This document shows positions 24,635-40,300 of a stretch of DNA of 64,000 bases, one piece after another. Made by a program: the position numbers and the translations under genes. The notes below the pieces were generated by a model. It was not told the origin of the DNA, did no database searches, and saw only the letters and a program-made list of their open reading frames with translations. How positions within the stretch are numbered: the first letter of the stretch is position 1; every line of letters begins with the position of its first letter. Source of the stretch: Pavona decussata (lineage: Eukaryota); assembly GCA_977016875.1 (NCBI GenBank), contig CDRNST010000082.1, positions 1,240,001 to 1,304,000 of the forward strand, read 5' to 3'.

Positions 24635-25147
24635 TAAAGTATCAAAACGTATAGTTGAGGGCACATGGTAATGGAATTTAATTACAATATCTCCTAAAAG
24701 AGTCTGGTGGTCAACTTCGGTTCAATTTCAACTATAAAATCAACGATCTTTCTGTCTGATAAGAAATGGTCCACTGGAGTTTCTCCACTTCATGTAAATT
24801 AAAATGGTAGTCTTTTGTATCAATTGTTGCTTTTATTATAGAAGCGTTTAATAAGAACCTCCCACACAGGGCGCACAGGTGTAGCCTATGCGACGTCTCC
24901 TAACAATGGCTTCATTACAAAAGGATACGGCTATGAAGAATGCCACCAAAAGAAACAAAATTTAAAAAAGTACTTATGTTACTAAAGACGGTCCAACGTC
25001 TTAAGGACGGTGCCTAATAATGTAACTGCGCATACGTTCTGCGCATCTCGAGATACTCGGGTTTTTATATGGGTGGTGCCTACTAATACAGGGATATTTT
25101 TGCGCGCTTTAAAACTATGCGGAGAAAGCAGAACTTAACAAGTGATT

Positions 25148-25188
<41 letters not shown>

Positions 25189-25292
25189 CAGAGGTAATAA
25201 AGCTTCAATTTGGAAAAAAGCACCATACAAGCCGTGTATTTTGCTGCTTTTTAGACTAATTGTTGCTTAGTTACCTCTAAAAAATGCGTGGT

Positions 25293-25323
<31 letters not shown>

Positions 25324-28300
25324 CTGCTACTAAGATCTGCTTTTCCCGCATAGTGATAAATCGCGAAAAAATACTTCCCTATTAGTAAGCACCGTCCTTA
25401 ATTGCACAGGTTCAAAGGCTTAATTGTAATAGTTACGCCGCTCATACCTTTTTTCGAGTGAAGAAACACTTTTACTCCACTGCAAAGTTTTTCCACCGCT
25501 CGCCTTTGACGAAACGTCCACGAAGGTCTGGGAAATTCTGGGAACAGCAGACGGTAGTTGAATGCCAGGGCCGTTGCTAGGAGACTGCCTGTCACGTGTG
25601 CATGAGGTAACTCACTCATGGAGTAATGGTCACCAGGACAAACAAGCACAGTTGTTCCTCCGTCAACTAATTGACCCCACACTTCCTCGATGCTATCGGA
25701 TGTGCGAAGCCTGGGCGAAAAGCGCGTATCTCGGCACTTTAGGAAGGTCAGTGGTCCTCGGTAACGGACCTTTTAAGGTAGAAAAAGGATCGAATTGTTA
25801 AATATACACTAAATTACATCAATGCGACCTGTTCGCTTAGCTTTTCGTTTTGGGGAGCGTAACGCTCCGCAATCCGTCGAAAGGTGGTTGGACATCTTAT
25901 TATGTTAATTTACACTATTCAACAATCTCTTCAATCTCAACTTTAAAAAGGAAGTTAACATAAGAATATGTGACACTGGAACCGGGGAATTTGCCCTAAA
26001 ACGAGGCCCAAGTACCAAGAAAGGTAATTATTTTTTACTTCTTTGCACAGAGTTACCCATGACAACAAATGACCGCTAACCGTTTTCGAATCAGCGCTTA
26101 GGGCTAAATAGTGCAGATCAGTACTGGTCTCTGCGTCAAAGAATGTTACGTTATGTAAGCACCTTAAGGTGTCCAACCTCCTTTCGACGAATGACGGAAT
26201 GTGAATATAAAAATGATAATGATAATTGACAAATATTTTTGCAGTCTGGAAACCCACGAAACTCGATTGCTATGCAATAATTGTTCTCCCCTTTTCCCGT
26301 CACAATAATAAAATTAGGAACTTAAGTAACAACGAAGTTGTCGTCAACGACAACTGAACGAAACAATATGCTTAGTGAGCAAAAAACAATCGCTCTGCGT
26401 GTGCATTTTAACGTTCGGTACATTTCTTTGCCGTCCTCAGCGTTTGTGCAGAACGTGAGCACAAGACGGCGAATTTTTCATTCTCTTTTTCAGTTTGAAC
26501 GCCGCTCCTACCAATTTGCTTTCTCGGTAGTTCGCAGCGGTTTCTTTTATTAGAAGTAAAGAGTTGAAATAATGGCGAAGGACCACAAACAAAATGAAGT
26601 TCTATTTTCAAGTGACGTTTATGTCGGGGTTGCCTTCGCCGCTGCGTAAAGTTCCCTTATTTTTAAGCCGATATGTCTTCAAGAAACTCTCTCCACACCA
26701 ATACCTAAGTTGATCGAATGGAAGAAAGATCCTCGCAGTTAGTACGCAGCTTAAGCATTTGCGAAAAGAAAGCCTGATTTCAAAATCTTCAGGCTTGAAC
26801 GGGATTTGGACCCATGACCTCTGCGATACCGGTGCAGTGCACTACCAACTGAGCTTTCTAGCCAACTGGGAGCTGGTCATATTGTGAGTTCGTAATATAC
26901 CCGTCAGTGAAGGATGAATAAATGAATAGGAATATATGAAACATATATTTTAAACTTCGGATGAAAGATCAAGTACCTCAGTTGGTTGCCATTCATGATG
27001 AGTCCTTGTGGCGATGCATTGGTCCCTCAGCAGAGATTCTTTTAAATCCCACAGATTATAGCTAGCAAGCCCCTTCTCGGCGCTCTTTCTTTGTAATTCA
27101 TTTATGACCCAATCTTGAGTGTGCTCCTCTCGTAAATGCTGGTATTCATCAGCGGTCATCTTCAACGAATTTATTGCTAGCTTTTTCAGATAACTTTCAA
27201 ATTGAAGCTGTAAGAAACAAGTACAGAAAAACCTTTCCTGTAAATGAAGCCTAAATTATAGTTTTCCGTATTTTCTCGATTAAACGCCCGAGGCGTTTAT
27301 TTCAAACTTAACCAGTTGAACCCGGCGTTTACACGAGGCCGGCGTTTAATAACAGAATGCAATTTTCTGTCATTTTTTTCAGATTGCCTTTTTATTACCC
27401 AACCCCTTGTCCAGTCTCAACAAACTGTACCTGGATCTTCTCCTAGGATTATTATTAGCAAAACTGATTATTGCTGTTACATACGGCATGCGTATTGTAT
27501 GTTAAAATAAAAGAAAACCGAACAAGAGCAATATAGAGGAAAATATTTAAGTTCAGAAACGGCAATGTCCTTTGAACAAATTAAAGTAGAATATCGTACT
27601 GGTATGTCACAGCAGTGCTATTCCATACAGTATATTAATTTGTTAGCTCGACCCCCAGCAAACGCCAGAGCTTCGATCAAACGCCGCCGGCGTGTATTTT
27701 AAAAATACCACTTTTGACCCGGCGTTTAATCGAGAAAACACGGTATACTTTATAGTAGACTTGTATTTTTTTGGTTGCATCATTAGTTTTGGATTTGCTT
27801 TGCAACTGGTCAGAAAACGTTTTCCCTATATCCGTTTTTCCTGCTGGTATGATAATATAATATGTACTATATCTACGTCTCTTGTCTGGTATCGTTAAGG
27901 GGAAAAAGAGCGCAAAACACAGCGCAAAAAAGATTAGATTTTAGCGGGATACATTTTAGATTCTTATATATCTAGACTTTCACTCAACAAAACAAGCACT
28001 GTAGTTGGTTGATTCTTGGTCACCTGCACCTTATCAAATACAAATGTATCCCGATCGGGATACAATTCTGCAGTTGTTTCCCTCTCAGTTGTTTGTTTTG
28101 CAGTGATTGTTGAAGAGAAAGTCTAAATATATAACAAAACACTTATGTATGGTCCCTCGGGAAACCAGTTAGTTTTTGTTTTCCCTTGAGTCCTGATGTT
28201 TCCCTCGACTTCATCTCGGGAAACATTAGGACTCTTGGGAAAACAAAACTAACTGTTTCCCTAAGGACCATACCTTAAGTGCATAGTATAAAGTACAGAG

Positions 28301-31300
28301 CATAGCTAGAGTATACAGCTGTTTCGACAAAGGTTGTCTTCAAAAAGCGTAAAAGCGTACTCGACAATGCTGAAAGATAGTCTGGAAAATAGCCAATAAA
28401 TTTCAATAAAAGCTTAGAATCCATAATGCCTCGACCGTACAGCGAAGACATGAGATGGCGGGCAATGTGGATTCTGAGCTTTTATTGAAATTCATTGGTT
28501 ATTTCCCAGACTACCTTTCGGCATTGTCGCGTACGCTTTTACGCTTTTTATTGGACAACCTTTGTCGAAACAGCTGTATTTCCTCCATCACTCAGCACAC
28601 CCCACTATATTCTGACTATTATATAGAGTTGCGATCTCATTCATTCAGACGCATTTTAGAGAATCACCCGAGATGACCACACGCTGACACTGAGAGTGGT
28701 CACAGCTAATTAACCGAACGGTGGTTCAATGGGCGCTGGGATATCCTGAGAGGGTTCAAATGGTGATTAACATATTTCACATTTCTCCAATCATAAAAAG
28801 CAACCGAGTAAAGTTAGAAAAGAAGTTTACCGCCAATTTTCTTTTGAACTAGGCTGGATCTAAAATGTTTATTTTTTTGCTAGGAACAGGACCAAGTTTT
28901 TGTCTGTATCAGTTGTAGTTTTTGGCCTAAGATTTTTGGGGGAGTCCTGGTTTTTTTTGTTTTTTTTAATTTGTGTTGTTTTGTTCACTTTTTTCACTTA
29001 TTAATTAATAGTATAGAATAGCTCATTTGAAAACCCTATCGCGGAATGACAATGATATGTATTTAAGTATGTATGGTGCATGCATGCACGTATGTAAGCA
29101 GGCAAGTATGTGGTATATATGTAAAATACTTTAAAAGTTACTATGGAAACCACTTCACAACCTTAACATGTCGAAGTTGCGTCTTTTCAGCCTCCTGGAC
29201 AGAAGTCAGTCTGGTGTGGATACGAGGCGACCAAGGAAATGTGTCAATCATCGCCACAAACTCCACCCTTTGCTTCTGATCTGTCAACATTGAAGCTATT
29301 TCGTACGCAAGCAGCCCTCCGTACGAGTATCCACCGAGAAAGTATGGTCCATGACGCTGCTCCTTGCGGATTAATTTGACGTATTGTTTCGCAAGTTCAC
29401 GAACTCCACCCCAGTCTTCGCTCACTACTGTAGGGTCAGTAAATCCCAGACCATAAAACGACACTAAATCCTAAAATAAAATGGCAAAATAAAAGGTAGT
29501 TGACTGTGTAACATTGTTCCATTAAGATTCCAGAATAAGCCCCTCTAAAAATAAGCGCTTCTCCTTTGCTCTCCCAAATCTTAGAGACGCATAAAGTAAG
29601 CCCTCGCGAATATCAGCCCACGGGCTGTTAGGGATAACTGATTTAAGCTTTCCCAGGCAGCGTGGTCTAGTGGTTAGAGCATCGGACTTGTAATCCGGAG
29701 GCCCTGGATTCAAGTCCCGCTCTGACCGCTATCTGGAGTTGTTTCTTGGTGGCTCCGACTTCAACTTTTCAGCCGCGCTCGTAAATAGCTTGCTGGTGTC
29801 CTCCCGTCAATTCGTTTTTTTAACCAAGTTATCTTCTACTTGAAATATTTTTCTCTGTTCGTAAAAAGCCCCTCTCAGGGAGACGATAATTAAGTATATT
29901 ACGAAAACCTTCCACCATGCAAATAATAACAGAAAGTCCTCCAAATAAGCCAAACGGGCCAAGGATATATTCTCGTCCAAACGAAGTTAATAGAAATTGA
30001 AGATTTGTTGTGATTTGTCACATGCTGCGACCTCTGTTCGACTTTATCAACCATATAACATTTCGTACTGCAACCTTTTGCGTCACTAAAAACAATGAAA
30101 CTTCTATTTCTAAGATTATTTTAAAATTATCATTTGAGTTAAAAAGCTGTAGTTCGTCATACCCAGAGTGAAGGTCCATAAATGTGACCATTTCACCAAA
30201 TATCTCCTACCATACATCGTCCTCTCATTCAAATTTCACTGCTTCAGTACAGCGAAACAGACAACTACAACCCAATACTCACAGTCGACACATTCAACCA
30301 AGGTCTTTAACTACAATTCAAAAGCAATTTCGAGATGTTAATCTCTTTATCTCAAGGGCTTGTCTTTACCTGTTCTTGAAAACCTGTGGATATCGGTTGT
30401 AAACTCAATGCGTAGCGATGAGATGGGTGCACACAGAAAAATTTTATAGCTGAGCCCTCAGGAGTGTACAGAGGTACCACTTGTATCTGTCTGTCTGGTA
30501 CATTGGCTGCAGGAGACGTATCGATGGAAATTTCTGTTGACGGAGTCCCAGGTTCCTGGCTGCCGTTATTATCTCGCTGTTCATTGGATGGTTGGGAATC
30601 TGAATTTTGTCGCTTCAACCTGTCAATGATGTCTCTTGATAGTTTAAGTGGAGTTGTGTCAGGTTGCATGAAGTAAAAGACCTGAAACCAAAATTTGTTT
30701 TACCCCATCATTAAGAAGGTAAGTGCTCAGTTCTCTCTCTATTCCACATCACTTCTAACCGCAGTAGTCCTTGTGGAAACATCACCAATACAGAAGAAGT
30801 TCTGTTCGATTAGAACGGACGTAAGCGTGGTTGCCTTACTTGTCCAAGTCAACCCCAACCTCAATCACTGTTGATATCTGTACGGCATTTTTGGGACTAA
30901 AGGGGAGGTTACATTAGGATCCTTTCCCCAGGTAAAGAGGGCTTCAAAAGTAGAAACCTGTCTTCAATAATTTTACTTAGAATTTCCATTTGTCTGAAAG
31001 TCCTCGGTTACACGTTCATCCAGAGATGAAACTGTCAATTTCAATTCAAAACTCAACATTTGATTGAGTGGGTTTTTTTTAGAAAAACCGATCATCTCTA
31101 CTGTCCTTCTAGGTTTCTATCAAGATAAATTTCTATTATTCTCCTTGACGCGAAGTACGCATGTATGGGACATTTACCTTGGTAATTTGGTCTGGATAAA
31201 TTCGTTTACACACACTTTCCCAAGAAAAATCTGTCATTTCTCGGGTAAAAGTGACCTTCAGAAACCATGACTAACTACCACGTCATTAGAATGAAAATTT

Positions 31301-34300
31301 TGGATCTAGTTCAAGAGCAACGTATTCTCAAGTAAAACATCTTACCTCAAAAGAGACCTGCAGATTTATTTCAAGCTGCATTTTCAAAGTCAGAGCCGTT
31401 GTGGAATCTACTCCATAGCTATACATACTCTTGTTGAGATCTGTCTCCGAAAGTGATGAAATTCCTGTCCATTCTGTCATCGATAGGCCAACGTACTCTT
31501 TAACAAGCTCTGTCCTCTTCCCTTGATCCTTTTCAAGAATGATTCTTTGCGCTAGAGACTGTGTTGAGCCAGCTTGACTGTTAGGAGCATTTATTTCAGC
31601 GGCAATGGCCGACAGTCGAGGCGTTTTCTGCAAGCCATCATTGCTCTTTAGGAATCGAGTCCAGTCTACATCAAACAGAGTAATTTGGCTGCGGCCTGGT
31701 TCTTGGATCAATACTTTGGCCATATGTTTGACTCCTGTAAAAGTAACAACTAGCCATGAGCTTACTATGTTATCTTTTACCTTGTATTCAAATAAAATGA
31801 AGTCTAGGGATTATGTGATTTTTTCCCTTCAAATATAATTTAACGCTCTTAATATGCAAAAATTTATTCAAATTAAAGTGACAATATAAAAACTTTCTCA
31901 AGATCCCAATAGCCTATAACAATTTTATTTAGAGAAGCTAGGTATTCCTTTGATTTGCTCAATGGAAACATTGTGGTTATCCGTAACATTTTTCTCACAA
32001 CTTAGTTTAGCCTTTCGTGTGCCTTCATCCTCCAGCAAGCCCCTCTAACCGTTTCATGGGACATGACAAACGCAACGAGTTCTAAAGTGGCCTTGCATTA
32101 GATATATATTTCTTTTATATACTCCAAAGTAGAAATATAGATTTAATTAAAACGGTTAAAAATTTTGGTTTGGGCAAATCGCAACTGTTTTCTTAGAAAC
32201 TCTTTGGGTGATGAGTAGATTCAGATGAGAAATTAACGAAAGTTGTACATCGGTATTGTACATTCGCACAGAAAAACATTATATAATAATCAATACTAAA
32301 CTTTAAAATTTCATGATCATTGTACAGTTTTGGAGGAATCAGCATGCTTACCTTCTTTGGCGTCAATGAAACCCATTCCCGCCAGTGACAACAGTTTGGC
32401 AACCCCAGTCTCTCTCTCCATCACACCAGCGCCACTGATTGGTCCCCAGTTTATTGCGAGACCCGGAAGACCAAGGACTTGTCTGCGGTACTGGGCAAGA
32501 GAATCTTGGAAAGCGTTGCAGGCGGAGTATGACGATTGGCCCATGTTTCCCACGATTGACGCAATGGACGAAAACATGACGAAAAAATCCAGATCCATTT
32601 CTAGACTCATTTGGTGTAAGAGAAAAGAGCCTAGGAAAAGAAAGAAAACAACTAGATTATTTACAAATACATCACAGTTACTCTAGGATATAATGGTATA
32701 TCATAAGAGAATAGGCTACTACGACTAATCACGACTGATCACCACAGGAATAATTAAACACCACGACCAAAACAAGACGGTAATGGACACGATGTCTGAT
32801 TTCACTCTGGTAAATGTCCTCACAAAGCATAACCTAGGGGGAGTGAAAGGTGGAAATTTGTCCTTAAATTACAAAGAATCTCAACCAAGCGCAATCATTT
32901 ATTGGATATCGTACCTTTGATCTTGGGACCCATGACCTCCGTAAAGCTGTCAAACGTAAGGTCTTTGACGAACTTGTCTCGAAGTACCATAGCAGTGTGC
33001 ACAATGCCCGCCACACTTGGAAGAGATTGGAGCTGGTCTTTGAAGGACGACATCTGCTCTTGGCTGGATACGTCAACCTGAAATTTGAGGCAATTGGTTA
33101 ATGTGGCTTTATTTGTTGCCTTTTAGCTCTATAAAGTCATAACCTTCCAAGGATTGGTATATTGTTTATTGCCTGGATCCCTTTTGGCAATACTGTAGAA
33201 CTGCGATGGATTTTTCAAGTTTTTTTTTTTACTCCTGCAACGTACAAGTACAACTTGGCTCTAGCGTTATATGCAATGGACGGACGAAAGTTTGTGACAC
33301 CCTTAAGTAAATTAAAAAAAACACAGAACATACCTGAAAGGTGTATATCTTAGCACCGGTTTTCATCTCAATACCCTGAAGCTCTTGACGTTTAGCTTCT
33401 GTGGCTTTGGAACGACCTAGGAGCCCTATGGTCTTTGCTCCACTCTCTGCCATCCAGCGAGCTACTTCTAATCCGAATCCTCCCATTCCGCCTGCAACCA
33501 AATACGTCCTGTTGTCTTTCAGGCCACATTCATCTAATCCAACAGGAAACAATGGGATGTCTTCAAGATTAGTTTCGTCTTGGAGTGTTGCGAGTGATTG
33601 AACGCGATATGAAATGTCTAGATCTAAAGACTCTTTCAAATCAGTTTCTCTAGATGACTCATCGTCGTAGGAATTGTTTACATATCTAAGTGATGCTACT
33701 AGGTCGGAGGACTGCAGCTGCATTCCTTGTAGCTGCTCTATCTGGCCTTTACTTGTCAAGATCTCAAGACTTCCCAAAGTAAGCCTCTGGAATGTCACAG
33801 GAGCCTGTAGGACGTCCGCTATGTCATGTCTTTCATACTTGACGTTCTTGTTAGCGGAAAATACAACGTCACCATCAAACTCAGAACTCAAGATAATTAT
33901 TCTTCCGCCCTTTTTGAGGAATCGACCACTTTTTTGAAGCGAATTCGGGGAAGGTGGATAAAAGAACAAAATCGCGTCAAGCAGTTCATTTTGATCACTG
34001 TCCAGTGCAAAACAGTTCTGTCTTTGTACACTTTTTGCTCCCAACTGAAGAAGAAACGTTGCTGTAGAGGTCTTGCAAGTGTCGGACATAGTGCAGAATA
34101 CTTGGTGACTCAACGCGTCTGCCAAAGCAACTGCTGCAGGACCAGGGCCCCTATTGGCTTGATGAATAAGCAGCTTCTGTCCTTCAGCTCCAGACACTGC
34201 TCTTTGAACGGCAAATAAAGCTAACGAAAGGCAAGCAGGGAGATATGCAGCCCGTTTCTTTGTCAGAATGTCAGGCTTAACGAACGCATTGCTGGTGTTT

Positions 34301-37300
34301 ATGGAAGTGAAACGTGCAACACGTCCAGAGGGGATTACACCACACACTTCATCTCCAATCTGGAAAGAACCCTCGCTCTTGTCTGGAAGGCCAGCCACTA
34401 TCCCGCTCACGAAAACACAACCGTTAGGTTTTGACATGTCAAACAAAGATTCTGAAGGGGTCCAGCAAAAGTACACCTCAACTGCGAGTTCGCAGTGCAA
34501 TAACTTTGAAAAACTCTTCTGGCGCAAGCACAGTGTTCGTGACATAGGAATAGTTGAAGGGTACAGCAAATTCTGTTTCCTGTGACTATTTACGCCATTC
34601 ATTGCTGAGTTCTCCCAGTGTATCTGTGTCCTTAACAGGCGATTGATGAACCGTTTGCCATCTCGATAAGCAAGCTCCTCATCCGTGTTGTCACATAAGA
34701 TCTCATTAACCAAGCAATCCACCTCAGTTTGATCCTCTTTATTCCACAGGTCAACGGTCTTAATCCTTAGATTGGATTCTTCGAGGTTTGCTGTTCGCCT
34801 CAGTCCCCAAACCGTAGCACCCCAGGGAATAGATTTCACGTTGAGAGACTCGCTGCAAGCATCTAGCAGCTGTGTGCGCTCGCTGACGAGGAAAAGTCGA
34901 GATTCGGTCAACCCTTCCCGTAAAAGTAGCTTCAATAAGAAGATGGAGCTGTTGAAGGCGAGACGTTGTGCTTGTTCAATGAATTCAAACTTGTCTGGGA
35001 GAAGTGATGACTCTAAAGGTAACAGGTTAAGAATGCTCAATTTGGATGAATTGTTCGCTGGTACGTCTGCAAAGACCTTTAGTATTGCATCTTCGGCCTC
35101 GGAATCAAAACAGCCAGAATGTGGCAAATCGATGGTGATTACATTGACTTCACCAGTCTGAAATTTCGTGACTAATTTGCTGGAGAAGTCAGACGACTCT
35201 TTCAGAACTATGCAAGTCAAGTCGGAAGGGCAAATACTTATTCCATGTAGCTCTTCTTCCATCCATTGGACATCATAGGTAAGTTCAGCAAAGGAAGGTT
35301 GCCGTGGTGAGCTTGTTAAAACTGCAACGCGAAAGTCATTCATTCTAAGCAGAACTTTCCCTGATGGACTCATGAGTGTGACGTCAAATTTTCCAAACTC
35401 CATTACATCTGCAACAACGTGGCAGTATAGCTGATAGGTTGATGGAACATCATTCAAGGTAATGCTTTCAAAACCAACGGGTACAATGGATTTGTCGTCA
35501 GTTAGCAGGCTTCCCAGGGGTACGAAGCAGGATTGAAGACAAGCATCCAGTATGGATGGATGGACAATGTACCTTTCAACTTCCGTTTGAATGGCGGGTG
35601 ACTCACTGATGTCAACTAAGCAAAGCCCCTCGTTATCGAATTTCCAGACCTCCTTGATTATGAAGAACATGGGACCGTAGTTAAACCCGTACATTTCCGT
35701 TACTTCTCTGAACTGCTCAACGGGAACTCTGGTCATCTTTGTTACCAAATCATTTACAGCTGGGCCGACTTCGTTGGAAGCTGTGAATTTTTAAGGGCAG
35801 TAGAGGGTGAGGATCAAAGAGAACAATGATTAATATAGACGCAGTGATACAGCGAGCTTATTACGAAGGAACTTATCACTACGTCTGCCTACTTATGGTG
35901 TGTTTTCATCAACGATGGGCTCAACTATGAAGAATTGACATAACTAATCCTTGCAGAGTAATCACAAAGGCAATTAAATCTTAAATCAACAATCTCAATT
36001 TTACAATCTCAAGACTAATACCATTTCAGTTTTAATTTAGCTCTTTGGTGAGGATGGTATCAAATCAGTGCTTTACGAATTAATTCCCCATTGTAAGCTA
36101 AGTAAATGTTGTTCGTTTTCAATAACAGCCCTTAGATTCACTATCCAAAAGAGTGTCTATATAGCAGAAAAAAGAAAGTATATAGACTGGTTCAGATATA
36201 ATTAGGTTTTATTCGGTAGAGAATTTGGGATTTTTTCTCAGCCACAGAGGCTGCTATCTTGTTGGCCTTTGAAACATGGGCCCTACAGTATTTAGGTATT
36301 GTCGTGATTTCACAGGCTTAGGCTGGTCAGTGGAATTACTAATAAGGTTTTGAGGGATAGAAGGATTGACCTACTGACCAAATAAATCCCCTCCCGCAAC
36401 TACTATGACTCGCTCCAACGCTACGCGTCTTCACTGGGTAATAAAGGAATGAACTGACACTTATGTAAGCACCCTTGAAAATCTGTTCTTCCATATTAGG
36501 CCTCATCAGTATGGTAGCTTATAGATGTTTTTGGCCCCAGGTGCCTCAAAAAAACATACTCAAACCGAAGAAGATGGTAAAGTCATTATAAAAATTAATT
36601 ACGTTGAAACTGGCGTTTGTTGATCTTTTTCAACACAAATAGAAAAATGGAAGGCAAGGTACCACTGTTTGTTGTGTCCGACTAAACGCATACATGATAA
36701 GCGGTCGGTCGTTCTGCTCACTCAGCCATCCTGTTGGATAAGCTCACTTATCCTCATGCCACAGAAAAATCAGTAGACATAGGCTGATTGTTTAACTAGA
36801 AAAGACCCACTTCCTAGATATGTCCATGAATACACCCTAATCGTATTGCAGTGCAGTTCTCAGGTTCTTTAAAATTAAATTAACAACCCACTGAATCTTA
36901 GGACCATGATCATGATCATAACAACACTCTCGTCTTTTTCGGTATCCTATGGCTATGCGTTTACAACCTGCTGCTCTGAAAAGAGGAAAAGGAACAGAAA
37001 TGTAGCTTAATAATATATTCTAAACCACCAATACCTTGTTCTCCAAGGATATTCGCTTTGTGCAGAAGATCCACCGAGATGCTCCCACTGCTAAGCTTAA
37101 TCTCGGACTGGTCATCCTGTACACTTGTTATGTCAAAGCCCGCCTCACCAATTTTGTTGGTTCTCAGAAGACGAAGTCGTAAAGTGCGAATCTGAAACAC
37201 AAGACACAAATTTTATGTTGTAATTTGTAATACATATGTCATTTTCAATTTGACTTCAAACATTAACTATTGACAACTGACCAATTGAATGAACTTACCT

Positions 37301-40300
37301 GCGTATCGGGAAGTGTAAGAAGGCTCAAGAGCTTTACATCACGCAGTTCCAATCCAGCTGCGTCCACGAATTGGTCTTGTATCATCGCAAAAGCCATTTC
37401 TATGTAGGCAGCTCCTGGCATCACAGCCCCTCCCTGTTTAAGAGCATGATCTTTCAAATTTGGAAAACGATAAATGTCAATCTCAGTTTCCCAGCAGTGC
37501 AGACCTGAAGTGAAGTCGGTCATCTTTACCTGTCCTAAGAATGGATGAGTGTTGCTCTTTTTGTTTTCTTCGGCTTCAATGACTGGAATTATGGACGGGG
37601 GTGGACGTTCTCTGTACCAAAAGCTGTTTTTCATCCAGGGATAGCTTAGGGACCGAACAAACTTTGCCGATGGGTTCTGCTGCACACAGGCCCAGTCTAT
37701 GGGGAATCCTTGCGTGTATAATGTACACACTGTACTCAGAAGAAAGGACTTGTGCTGTGCAGTAACAGGCACTCTTTTGCGAGGAAGTGTTTGAAGGACA
37801 ACCGGGATTTCTTGGTCGTCCAGTTTTTCCTGCAAGGCAATTTGTTTGACATAGTGGGCGAGAATGGGCTGTGTGCTGATCTCAATTATCTGCTTGTAGC
37901 CGTCTTTCAGCACGTTCCTCATAGCTTGTTGGAACAAAACGGGACAGCGAATGTTGCGCCACCAATAACGGGAGTTAAACTGTTCACCTGAGATGATTTC
38001 CCCTTCGACAGTAGAGTATATTGGAATCTTAGACAGCTGCGGTTTTAACTTCACCCTCTGCATAGCTGCTTGAAAAGGCTTCTTAATAACCTCCATGTGT
38101 GCACTGTGAAATGCACGTTTTGTTCCAAGAACACGCCAGAAAGTTTCCTTTGAGTGGATTGCCAAGTGTCCTCCAAGGGCTTCGACTGATTGAGAATCAC
38201 CTGAAACCGTTACACTATTTGCATCATTAACAGCGGCGACACTCATTGTAGCGTTTAACTTCAGCTCCATGAGTAATGTCCTGGATTTTTCTTCTGACAT
38301 ACCCAAAGCAGCCATACCACCATTATTGGGACATTGATCCTGGAGAGTAGATCGAATCAATACCAATTGGACAGCCTCCTTGAGAGTGATAATTCCAGCG
38401 ACACATGCAGCGGCAAACTCACCCAGGCTATGACCAAGAACAGCAGAGGGATAGATTCTCCAAGACATCAGCAGTTGTGCGGTCGCGTACTGTATAGCAA
38501 ACGTCGCTGGTTGCGCAATAGAATTTTCTGAAATCCTTGATTCGTGCTCTGATGCAAGAAGCTCATCTAAAAGTGACGACGTTTCTCCCAAATCTCTTAC
38601 TAAGTTGCTGACAGTCAAAACGGCTTCTTTAAAAACGGGTTCAGTTTCAATGAGCTGTCTTCCCATGGCGTACCACTGGGACCCTTGTCCACCAAACATG
38701 AACACGACCTTTGGGTTAGAAAACTTGACTGCACCATAAGAAACTATCTTCTCCCATCCCGCAGTTTCATCTGCGTAATCAGCTAAGGTCTTGCACGCCT
38801 CAGAAACTGATCCAAAGGGAACAGCTAAGCGGTGTTGGAACTGATCGCGGCGCTCATTCAAAGAATAACACAAGTTTCCCACAAAGGTTGCATCAAAGTC
38901 TTCGTTTTCCTTATTGTCGTTGAGCCATTCGGAATAGAGTCTCGCCATCCGTTTCAGGGTCTCTTCTGAGGGCGTTGAGAGGGTCAGAACATTGTTCACG
39001 CGATTATTTTTATCACCACTCATACTTCGCGTTGATTCAACTTCGCGGATGATGGCATGCACATTAGACCCACCGTATCCAAAGGAGTTCACAGCAGCTA
39101 TACGCGCTTTCCCGTTGTCTACGTTCCAAGGCTCGTTAGTTTGCTGCACAACAAGTCCTTTTTCTTCTAACTTTAGTTTTGGATTCAGTATGTGCACATT
39201 AACAGTTGGTACAAATCTCTTCTTCTTAATCATTAGAGCAACCTTAATGAGCCCAGCCAGGCCCGAGGTAGATTCCGTGTGGTTAAGGTTTGACTTAACA
39301 GAACCAATTCGTAGCTTCAGTGTGGGGTTTGTTGCTCTTCTTGTGTACGTGTCTGCAATTGAGGTAACCTCTACTACGTCTCCAATAGCGGTTCCAGTAC
39401 CATGTGCCTCGAAGTAGCCAACATCTTCCGCATTCACCCCTGACTGCTCTAGAACCATCCTTGATAGGTTAGCTTGCAACCTTGAACTGGGAGCCGTCAT
39501 TGGTATGGCATCTTGACCATCGTTATTCATTCCACACGCAATTATCTCGCAATATGCGTCATCTTTGTCACTTACAGCAGCGTGTGAAAGTTTTAGAATA
39601 ACTGCTGCAAAGCCTTCTCCCCTTCCATAGCCGTCCCCAGAAGCGTCGAAGCTTTTACAGCGGCCGTCAGTAGCAAGAAGACCAGCCATGCTGGTTGCTA
39701 TCTGCATGGCATGGTTTAGTACGATATTAGGTGCGCAGACAATGGCTATCTCGCAATCCCCGTTGTGCAGATTATCGCATGCAAGTTTTAGAGCAGTCAA
39801 AGACGAAGAGCATGCCGTATCAATTGCGATGCTTGGACCTGTAAAGTTTAGACAGAAGGAAACTCTATTGGCAAGAATAGAGGCTGTTATTCCAGTAGCT
39901 GAAAACTGGTCGATGTTATTATAATTTGATGTATCTGTTACTAGCGCTCCGTACTCTAGATTCATCACACCGACAAAGACCCCTGTCCTGCATTTCTGAA
40001 GGTCCTCAAGTCTCATTCCAGCGTCTTCAATTGCCTCGTACACCACTTCTAAGAGAATCCGTTGTTGAGGATCCATTGCACGTGCCTCCTGATTAGATAT
40101 ACCAAAGAAATGATTGTCAAACTTTTGGATTTCCTCTAAGTAGGAACCATTGACAGCACACAGACGTCCACTTACGAAGCGCCTGGGATGATAAAGTTGA
40201 AAAAACCTTTCATGTTCTTGCCTTCTATTTTGAGGAAAAGCACCAATCGAACTCTTTCCTTGCTCGAGAAGTTCCCAGAACAGGTCCTTACTATTAGCTC

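Noticed and set aside
24440-24664. Poly-Asn ORF
   Set aside because: Translation of an intronic (TTA)n microsatellite.
29655-29730. Genuine tRNA-Thr genes (also 26790-26860 and 61240-61320)
   Set aside because: Acceptor stems do not pair and the sequences run into SINE-like tails.
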